Assembly (NCBI RefSeq): GCF_000016745.1
Contig: NC_009483.1
Coordinates: 2,640,001-2,672,000 of the forward strand
Length of the DNA: 32,000 nucleotides
Direction of reading: 5' to 3'
From: Geotalea uraniireducens Rf4
GTDB taxonomy: Bacteria; Desulfobacterota; Desulfuromonadia; Geobacterales; Geobacteraceae
The translations under genes and the position numbers were made by a program. Positions 25,281-32,000 of this stretch are shown in pieces. Numbering within the stretch: the first letter of the stretch is position 1; every line of letters starts with the position of its first letter. Under the pieces are notes generated by a model. The model searched no databases. It was not told the origin of the DNA and worked only from the letters and a program-made list of their open reading frames with translations.

Positions 25281-26021
25281 TCATTCGGGAATAACGATTG
25301 CACCCTTTCCAGCTTTGGCTGCCAAATCGTTTGCCTCAGACTGATCCAGATGCTTGCCCAGCCTGACTCGGAACCAGACGCCCTTATCCTGGACTTTGGA
25401 TTCAACAATATATACGGCTAGACCTCTAGCCGTCAGTCGGGCTTTTACCGCTTCTGCATCCTTTCTATCTTTGGACGAAGCCACTTGTACACAGAAAGTA
25501 GATTTTCCAACAGGTTGTTTCTTTACCGCGTTTCCGTGATCGACACTCGGTTCCACGCGTTTTGCAGCTTCACCTGGAAGATCTGCACGATCAGCATGTT
25601 CCTCCGGTCGAACAACTTTAGCAGCCGGTGCTTTCTGCTGCTGCGAAGTCGAAGTCTCCTCGTTGGCAGGCTTTTTCCCAGTATCATCATCGCTTTTCTT
25701 CGGATTCAGTCCGCTGCCGATTACAGCTTTACCACCGTGCGGCAGAGTTTGATAAAAAGTCAGCGGCACGTCTTGTCCGTTAGGCGGAGGCTGACTTGCC
25801 GGCAAAGTTGCACTGCCAGCTCTCTGATTGGGTGTGGCAGCAACCGGCGGAGGAGCAATCTGCTTTGATTGGGGTTGTCGAAAAAGCAGCCAACCGGTCA
25901 TCACGCCGATACCGAATGACACAGTTACGGCTCCAATGAGAATGAAAATAAATATCCCGACAGGCTGTTTTTTCGGACGGTTTTTGCTGACAGGTCTGCG
26001 TTCGCAATAATCCAGCACCAT
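25281..26021 (-). CDS. SPOR domain-containing protein (membrane-anchored, Pro/Ala-rich linker)
   Basis: 246 aa. One N-terminal TM, a low-complexity linker, and a C-terminal SPOR pattern FCVQVASSKDRKDAEAVKARL…VWFRVRLGKH…A. Confidence 0.8.
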   Translation of the reverse strand: MVLDYCERRPVSKNRPKKQPVGIFIFILIGAVTVSFGIGVMTGWLLFRQPQSKQIAPPPVAATPNQRAGSATLPASQPPPNGQDVPLTFYQTLPHGGKAVIGSGLNPKKSDDDTGKKPANEETSTSQQQKAPAAKVVRPEEHADRADLPGEAAKRVEPSVDHGNAVKKQPVGKSTFCVQVASSKDRKDAEAVKARLTARGLAVYIVESKVQDKGVWFRVRLGKHLDQSEANDLAAKAGKGAIVIPE

Positions 26022-26037
26022 ACACCAAGCCCTCTGA

Positions 26038-27723
26038 TTACATCTTTTCCGGAGCGGAAATCCCGAGCACGGTTAGTGCATTTTTAAGCGTCAATGCAAC
26101 ACACTTCAATAGAAAGAGCCTGGCGGCGGTCAGCTCGGCATCCTCGGTTATCACCCTGTTCCTGTTGTAAAAGCTGTGGAACTGGCCTGCAAGTTCCTGA
26201 AGGTAGTAGGTGACCCGGTGCGGTTCGAAGTTAAGGGCGCTTCCCTCTAAAATCTCAGGAAAGGATGCGAGGGTCTTGATGATCGTCATTTCCTCAAGGG
26301 TCACAAGCCGCTCAAGCGGTACGCTTTCGGCAGCAGGCAGGACGAACCCTCTCTCCAGAGCATTTTCAAAGATGCTGCAGATCCTGGCGTGGGCATACTG
26401 GACGTAGTAGACCGGGTTGTCGAGGGTCTGCTGTTTCGCCAGATCGATGTCAAAGACAAGCTGGGAATCCGGCTTGCGCATGACAAAAAAGAAACGCGTG
26501 GCGTCGCGGCCCACCTCGTCGATGAGGTCTCGCAGGGTGACATAGCTGCCGGCGCGCTTGGAGATCTTTACCTCCTCGCCGCCGCGCATGACAGTTACCA
26601 TCTGGTGAAGCACGTACTCCGGCCATCCAACCGGGATTCCCGCATTAAGCGCCTGCAAACCGGCCCGCACACGCGTGATGGTACTATGGTGGTCTGCGCC
26701 CTGCTCGTTAATGACGCGGGTAAAACCCCGCTCCCACTTGCTCAGGTGGTAGGCGACATCTGGTACGAAGTAAGTGTACCCGCCATCGGCCTTACGCATC
26801 ACCCGGTCCTTGTCGTCACCGAAGGTCGTGGTACGTAGCCAGAGAGCGCCGTCTTGTTCATAGGTATGACCGCTGTCGATAAGACGCTGGACCACTGCTT
26901 CGACGCGACCTTCGGCATAAAGAGCAGATTCGAGGGAATAGACGTCGAAGTGAACGTCGAAGGCCGTAAGATCCTGGTCCTGTTCCCGGCGTAAATAAGC
27001 GACTGCGAAGCGGCGGATGGCGTCCAGGTCTTGCGGATCGCCGGCAGCAGTAACGTGCTGGTCGTCGGCTTCGACCGTCTCCTGCCCCAGATAGGAGCGG
27101 GCCACGTCCCTGATATAGTCGCCCTGGTAGCCGTCTAACGGCCAGCGGGGGTCGTCCGGCTCGATACCAAGGCAGCGCGCCTGGACCGATAGCGCCAGAT
27201 TGGCGATCTGCTGGCCGGCATCATTGTAATAGAACTCGCGGGTTACATCCCAACCGATAGCAGCGAGCAAACGGCAGATGGTGTCGCCGATGGCGGCGCC
27301 GCGACCATGCCCGATATGAAGAGGCCCGGTCGGGTTGGCGCTGACGAACTCCACCTGGATCTTTTTACCTTCCCCGATGCGACTTTTACCGTAATCGGCG
27401 CACGCACGGTCAATGGCGATAAGGGTCTGGCGCCACGCTTCATCCTTTACATAAAAATTGATAAATCCAGGCCCGGCTACTTCCAACTTTGAGCATATAT
27501 CCGCGCTTTCCTGCAAACGGCTGACAAGGATCTCGGCGACAACCCGTGGAGCCTTTTTTTCCGCCTTAGCCAGAAGCATGGCCACATTAGTGGCGAAATC
27601 TCCATGTTCCGCATGGGCCGGTTTTTCTATGACAATTGAAGGAAAGACACCGGAGGAAAGTGATCCGTCGGCAAAACAGCTTGCCAGCTCCTTCGTTATA
27701 AGATCACGTAACAATTCTTTCAT
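26038..27723 (-). CDS. argS: Arginine--tRNA ligase
   Basis: 561 aa. [17 protein letters not shown] (HIGH region). Full-length ArgRS architecture ending …LGISAPEKM. Confidence 0.95.
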   Translation of the reverse strand: MKELLRDLITKELASCFADGSLSSGVFPSIVIEKPAHAEHGDFATNVAMLLAKAEKKAPRVVAEILVSRLQESADICSKLEVAGPGFINFYVKDEAWRQTLIAIDRACADYGKSRIGEGKKIQVEFVSANPTGPLHIGHGRGAAIGDTICRLLAAIGWDVTREFYYNDAGQQIANLALSVQARCLGIEPDDPRWPLDGYQGDYIRDVARSYLGQETVEADDQHVTAAGDPQDLDAIRRFAVAYLRREQDQDLTAFDVHFDVYSLESALYAEGRVEAVVQRLIDSGHTYEQDGALWLRTTTFGDDKDRVMRKADGGYTYFVPDVAYHLSKWERGFTRVINEQGADHHSTITRVRAGLQALNAGIPVGWPEYVLHQMVTVMRGGEEVKISKRAGSYVTLRDLIDEVGRDATRFFFVMRKPDSQLVFDIDLAKQQTLDNPVYYVQYAHARICSIFENALERGFVLPAAESVPLERLVTLEEMTIIKTLASFPEILEGSALNFEPHRVTYYLQELAGQFHSFYNRNRVITEDAELTAARLFLLKCVALTLKNALTVLGISAPEKM

Positions 27724-27905
27724 CAGCTCTCCCGCTTATCTTCGTTCGATTTATCACTATCCTTAGACGTTCTATCATCCCGTAACGATATATCCCGGGT
27801 AAAGTCGGGACAGTGGGCCCCACCGTCGGGTACGGAAAATTTCTTTGCGCAATTTTCCCGCCATGCGCAAATAGCGCAAAACTGGCGCTCGTTTTTAACG
27901 CTCAT
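27723..27905 (-). CDS. Small Cys4 protein (60 aa) translationally coupled to argS
   Basis: [35 protein letters not shown]… followed by an acidic/basic tail. Its TGA shares one nucleotide with the argS ATG (TGATG). Coding status is not proven. Confidence 0.45.
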   Translation of the reverse strand: MSVKNERQFCAICAWRENCAKKFSVPDGGAHCPDFTRDISLRDDRTSKDSDKSNEDKRES

Positions 27906-28065
27906 GATTCACTCCTCTTATGCCGCATAAACACCTATCGTCAGAATCAGTCTGATTATAAAATACAAAGAATTTGATTGCCGATCATTGTCCGTTAAAG
28001 TAGTGCCATATCATTAATCGAGGCTTCTTAAGGGAGGGGATTTACGAACGTTCCGGGCCAAGCGG

Positions 28066-28356
28066 CTATTTTTCTTTCTTGTCCTGTACGGGGAACTGGT
28101 AAATTACTTCATTCTGCCGTACCAAACCGAAATCCCTTCGCGCTATGCTCTCCAGGTATCGTCGATCAGTACGCAAGGCCTCAATTTCACGCTTCAGCTT
28201 TTCGTTTTCGCTTTTTAGCGTTTCGAGATTCCCCTGGATCTCCTTTTTTTCCTTGCTCAGATGATAGATGCGTAACAGTCCGCGATCACCGAATACGGTA
28301 AAAAAAAGAATAAATATTATGACCCCGGCAGGAATGAGAAACATCCGCTTCCGCAT
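28066..28356 (-). CDS. ftsB: Septum formation initiator FtsB/DivIC-family protein
   Basis: Single N-terminal TM (MFLIPAGVIIFILFFTVF) plus a coiled coil (LETLKSENEKLKREIEALR) and …RDFGLVRQNEVIY. ATG at 28356 with GGAGG upstream; the ORF-track start at 28401 would overlap the upstream gene. Confidence 0.8.
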   Translation of the reverse strand: MRKRMFLIPAGVIIFILFFTVFGDRGLLRIYHLSKEKKEIQGNLETLKSENEKLKREIEALRTDRRYLESIARRDFGLVRQNEVIYQFPVQDKKEK

Positions 28357-28375
28357 GAACCCTCCGCAGGCAATA

Positions 28376-29311
28376 CTACCCCTCTGCGAGGAGAGAGGCA
28401 AAATAATCGATGGTTTTTTTCAGACCGGTTTCCACGTCCACCTGCGGTTGCCAGCCGAGTTTTTCTTTGGCCTGAGAAATATCAGGTTGGCGCTGTTTTG
28501 GGTCATCGTCCGGCAGTTCATTGAACACTATCCTTGATTTTGAGCCGGTCAATGCGACAATCCTCCGGGCAAACTCCAGAATCGTGGTTTCTGTCGGATT
28601 CCCGAGGTTCACCGGTCCGGTAAAACCTTCACACTCCATCATTCTGATCATGCCTTCTACAAGATCGTCCACATAACAGAATGAACGGGTCTGCATCCCC
28701 TCACCGTAAACGGTAATATCCTCACCTCGAAGAGCCTGGACGATGAAATTGGATACCACTCGACCGTCATTTACGGCCATACGCGGACCATAGGTGTTAA
28801 AAATTCGGATAATGCGGATATCGACGCCGTTTTGCCGATGGTAGTCCATCATCAACGTTTCGGCCACCCTCTTCCCCTCGTCGTAGCAGCTGCGTATGCC
28901 GATAGGATTGACATTGCCCCAGTATTCCTCGCTCTGTGGATGGACCTGCGGGTCACCATACACTTCCGACGTGGATGCCTGGAGAATCCTCGCCCTCACC
29001 CTCTTCGCAAGTCCGAGCATGTTGATGGCGCCCATGACGCTGGTTTTAATGGTCTTTACCGGGTTGTACTGGTAGTGAATGGGTGACGCCGGGCAGGCCA
29101 GATTATAGACGCGGTCTACTTCCAGAAGTATCGGTTCGGTAATGTCGTGGCGAATCAGTTCAAAACCCGGATTGTCAAATAGTCTGGCAATGTTTCTCTT
29201 ACTGCCGGTGAAGAAATTATCGAGACAGATGACTTCATGCCCTTCCCTGAGAAGTCGTCCACACAAATGAGAACCGATAAATCCGGCGCCGCCGGTAACA
29301 AGAATACGCAT
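28376..29311 (-). CDS. UDP-glucuronate decarboxylase (UDP-xylose synthase, UXS-type SDR)
   Basis: 311 aa. [41 protein letters not shown], [16 protein letters not shown](V/A)AE are the UXS hallmarks. Confidence 0.85.
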   Translation of the reverse strand: MRILVTGGAGFIGSHLCGRLLREGHEVICLDNFFTGSKRNIARLFDNPGFELIRHDITEPILLEVDRVYNLACPASPIHYQYNPVKTIKTSVMGAINMLGLAKRVRARILQASTSEVYGDPQVHPQSEEYWGNVNPIGIRSCYDEGKRVAETLMMDYHRQNGVDIRIIRIFNTYGPRMAVNDGRVVSNFIVQALRGEDITVYGEGMQTRSFCYVDDLVEGMIRMMECEGFTGPVNLGNPTETTILEFARRIVALTGSKSRIVFNELPDDDPKQRQPDISQAKEKLGWQPQVDVETGLKKTIDYFASLLAEG

Positions 29312-29359
29312 ATGGCCACCTTTTATTCAATGACATTTATTTTCATTTCGTGAAACACG

Positions 29360-30712
29360 TTAAATATCAACAAAATGCCGACCATTACGTCCTATGGGTA
29401 AATATTCAAAGCCGGCTTCCTTCATCCGTGACGGCTGGTAGAGATTTCTACCGTCAAAGATGAGCGGCTGGCGAAGCAACGACTTTATCCTGTCGAAATC
29501 AGGATTGCGATATTCGTTCCACTCCGTAACGATGGCCAAGGCATCGGCCCCTTTAAGGATATCGTACTGGTTATTACTGTAAACAATATTTTCGCCGAAG
29601 ATCTTTTTTGCTTCTTTGACGGCTTCCGGGTCGTGGGCACAGACCTTAGCCCCCAACGCCAACAGACGGTTTATGATGACAACAGACGGTGCTTCACGCA
29701 TATCATCGGTCCGGGGTTTGAATGACAGTCCCCAGATGGCAATCGTCTTACCTGTCAGAGGCTTCAACAGGGAGTTGTCGCCGAGTCGCAAATTGATTTT
29801 GTCGGTAAGTACCAGCTTCTGAAGCTCATTTACTTCTTCAACAGCCTTCAACAGGATGAACTCGTAGTCGCATTCCTCAGCTGTCTTTACCAGAGCCTTC
29901 ACATCTTTGGGAAAACAGGAACCACCATACCCAACACCGGGAAAGAGGAAATCATAGCCGATGCGGGAGTCGGAACCAATCCCTTCCCTGACTGCCGATA
30001 CATCGGCGCCCATCCGCTCGCAGAGATTGGCAATCTGGTTCATGAAGGATATTTTGGTGGCCAACATGGCATTGGCAGCATACTTGGTCATTTCTGCACT
30101 TCTGATGTCCATGACGATAAGGCGGTTGGTCTTCCGCATGAAGGGCGCATAGAGCTCCTTCATGATCTCGGCAGTACGTACGTTGTCCGTGCCGATAACC
30201 ACCCGGTCCGGCTTCATGAAATCGTCAATAGCAGCGCCTTCCTTCAGGAATTCCGGATTAGACACCACGTCAAATTCAATAGTTGCATGTCTTTTCTCAA
30301 GTTCTTCATTAACAACCGCCCGCACTTTATCGGCTGTTCCAACCGGGACGGTGGACTTATCAACCAATATCTTGAAGCTCTCCATATTGCGGCCGATTGT
30401 TCGTGCCACGTCCAGTACATATTGCAGGTCGGCGGACCCGTCTTCACCCGGTGGGGTTCCGACAGCGATAAAATTAACCAGGGACGCCTTGACTGCCGAT
30501 GCCAGATCGGTCGTGAAGCTAAGTCTCCCCTCTTCGCAATTCCTGAGCACAAGCTCCTTCAGGCCGGGCTCGTAGATCGGAATAACTCCGTTTTTAAGCC
30601 CCTCGATCTTTGCCTCATCTACATCGACACAGATAACATCATTGCCGCTCTCGGCAAAACAGGTGCCTGCTACAAGCCCCACATAGCCTGTTCCTATTAT
30701 GCAGATTTTCAT
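29360..30712 (-). CDS. ugd: UDP-glucose 6-dehydrogenase
   Basis: [14 protein letters not shown] Rossmann start at 30712 (GGGAGA 8 nt upstream). Catalytic Cys motif [11 protein letters not shown]-terminal UDP-binding domain. Confidence 0.9.
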   Translation of the reverse strand: MKICIIGTGYVGLVAGTCFAESGNDVICVDVDEAKIEGLKNGVIPIYEPGLKELVLRNCEEGRLSFTTDLASAVKASLVNFIAVGTPPGEDGSADLQYVLDVARTIGRNMESFKILVDKSTVPVGTADKVRAVVNEELEKRHATIEFDVVSNPEFLKEGAAIDDFMKPDRVVIGTDNVRTAEIMKELYAPFMRKTNRLIVMDIRSAEMTKYAANAMLATKISFMNQIANLCERMGADVSAVREGIGSDSRIGYDFLFPGVGYGGSCFPKDVKALVKTAEECDYEFILLKAVEEVNELQKLVLTDKINLRLGDNSLLKPLTGKTIAIWGLSFKPRTDDMREAPSVVIINRLLALGAKVCAHDPEAVKEAKKIFGENIVYSNNQYDILKGADALAIVTEWNEYRNPDFDRIKSLLRQPLIFDGRNLYQPSRMKEAGFEYLPIGRNGRHFVDI

Positions 30713-30829
30713 GAATGTTTTCTCCCTAGTCAATTAATTTAGCACATTTATATAACACAGAAGATGGTACTTGTGCCAGAGTTTTCCTGATTAATTCCAG
30801 CTTTGCCAGTCATGCTGGATGAATGAATT

Positions 30830-31008
30830 CAGCAGTGTCCGGTTAGATAATTGCACTGGCATCAAAAGCTGTGAAAACTATCTTTTTGCACCCTCCCCCA
30901 GCCCCTCCCATCGAAGGGAGGGGAGCTTTTATTCCCTCTCCCCTGGTGGGAGAGGGCTAGGGAGAGGGGGGAATGTGTCGGCTGCAAAAACCTAACCGGA
31001 CACTGCTG
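30830..31008. repeat. MITE-like palindromic element: 17-bp perfect terminal inverted repeats enclosing G/C-run hairpins
   Basis: CAGCAGTGTCCGGTTAG (30830-30846) and its exact reverse complement CTAACCGGACACTGCTG (30992-31008). Inside are nested IRs: TTTTTGCA / TGCAAAAA, CCCTCCC-ATCGAA-GGGAGGG, and CCCTCTCCC-CTGGT-GGGAGAGGG. No ORF. Lies between the rsmA stop and the ugd start. Confidence 0.7.
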
Positions 31009-31043
31009 GAATAAATTTCATTATTAATATAATGCCGAACACC

Positions 31044-31871
31044 CTATGTATTTAACTTCCGTAAGCCGAGAATCGCCCGCGTCAACACGGCAAATTCATC
31101 CAGGGAAAGGGTCTCTCCTCTCCTGCTCCCGTCTATTCCACACTTGGTAAGTAATGAGAGGAGGACATCACCATCCACACCCAGTTCTGACGATTTGAGA
31201 CAGTTCCATAATGTCTTACGACGCTGGCTAAAAGCTGCTTTAACGACTTTGCGAAAAAAGCTCTCATCCTCCACATCAACCCTCGGAGCCGGCAAGGGAA
31301 CAAATTTCAGCACGACTGAATCTACCTTGGGAACAGGGGTAAAAGAGCCCGGCTTAACGATCAATACGCGGCTGATATCAAAATGAAGACGGCAAAAAAC
31401 AGAAAGTATCCCGTAATCTTTGCAGCCGGGTGCGGCAATGAGCCTGTCGCCAACCTCTTTCTGCAACATGAGTATGAGCAGCGAAAAGAGCTTCGGGTTA
31501 TCAAGAAATTTGAACAGCACCTGACTGGAAATATTATATGGCAGATTCGCAGCAACCTTCCATGCCCCACTCCAGCGGTCCATGAGCAGTTCGGAAAGGT
31601 TCACCTTAAGGATATCTCCCTGAACGAACTCCACATTTTTTTGCGGGGCAAATTCCCTGGCAAGAAATGGAACAAGCTGTCGATCCAACTCAACGGCCAA
31701 GACCTGTGCAGCGCGCTCCACCAATAAAGCGGTCAGCGCACCCTTTCCCGGTCCTACTTCCAGAATCCTGTCTTCAGCACTAATATTTACAGCGTCAACG
31801 ATCCGAGTAAGGACATTTCTGTCAACGAGGAAATTTTGCCCCATTGATTTTTTAGCGCGAATTTTTTCCAT
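31044..31871 (-). CDS. rsmA: 16S rRNA (adenine1518/1519-N6)-dimethyltransferase RsmA/KsgA
   Basis: 275 aa. KKSMGQNFLVD signature. SAM-binding ILEVGPGKGALT. NLPYNISS motif. Confidence 0.95.
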   Translation of the reverse strand: MEKIRAKKSMGQNFLVDRNVLTRIVDAVNISAEDRILEVGPGKGALTALLVERAAQVLAVELDRQLVPFLAREFAPQKNVEFVQGDILKVNLSELLMDRWSGAWKVAANLPYNISSQVLFKFLDNPKLFSLLILMLQKEVGDRLIAAPGCKDYGILSVFCRLHFDISRVLIVKPGSFTPVPKVDSVVLKFVPLPAPRVDVEDESFFRKVVKAAFSQRRKTLWNCLKSSELGVDGDVLLSLLTKCGIDGSRRGETLSLDEFAVLTRAILGLRKLNT

Positions 31872-32000
31872 TATGATCCCTTTGTCAGACGCGAAGCAAT
31901 GCTATCAAGGGGCCAAACCGGCAGAGCATCGATATCAAAGCCACTGAGAATGTTATTGCTCAGATAGTAGTCTCCCGGCACGGCAATCATGGCAGCATTA
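31871..32000 (-). CDS. 3' end of an unidentified CDS running off the window, stop overlapping the rsmA start
   Basis: The minus strand translates without a stop as …NAAMIAVPGDYYLSNNILSGFDIDALPVWPLDSIASRLTKGS-TAA. The TAA shares one nucleotide with the rsmA ATG (TAATG). No family recognised from 42 residues. Confidence 0.4.
   Translation of the reverse strand, partial: NAAMIAVPGDYYLSNNILSGFDIDALPVWPLDSIASRLTKGS

Noticed and set aside
30830-31008. CRISPR array or small RNA gene in the rsmA-ugd spacer
   Set aside because: There is no series of regularly spaced direct repeats. The structure is a single nested inverted repeat, better explained as a MITE/REP-like element.

Overview
A 32-kb bacterial chromosomal window. 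Gene content suggests a Desulfuromonadales/Geobacter-like deltaproteobacterium, but this is a low-confidence inference. I saw no rRNA, tRNA or CRISPR array.

The window falls into three blocks.

(1) 1-6.4 kb looks GC-rich by eye. It holds a cytoplasmic five-PAS histidine kinase, a stranded GGDEF tail fragment, a PflX-type radical SAM gene and a DUF255 thioredoxin-like gene.

(2) A complete ISL3-family IS sits at 6444-7785 with an 8-bp target duplication. It is followed by an AT-richer block (7.9-22.5 kb):
- sppA and a YfcE-type phosphoesterase.
- A roughly 10.5-kb co-directional minus-strand array: HDAC/AcuC-like deacetylase, unknown 282-aa protein, TPR protein, an IS1595-family insertion (16033-17088, 8-bp target duplication, frameshifted transposase), a 33-aa membrane peptide, a 4-TM protein, an MlaF-like ABC ATPase, an MtrA/DmsE-family decaheme cytochrome, an MtrB/PioB-like porin, a COG2984-type binding protein, a CheY-like receiver, and a protein ending in CHNCGCGC.
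- An ammonium transporter behind a sigma-54-type promoter, and an MshEN-REC protein.

(3) 22.5-32 kb is a housekeeping minus-strand run: gltX, yacG, UDP-sugar epimerase, SPOR protein, argS with a coupled Cys4 mini-ORF, ftsB, UDP-xylose synthase, UDP-glucose dehydrogenase, a MITE-like palindromic element, and rsmA.

The most interesting locus is the two-component porin-cytochrome (PioAB/MtoAB-like) module in a non-canonical accessory context, separated from its upstream genes by the IS1595 insertion.
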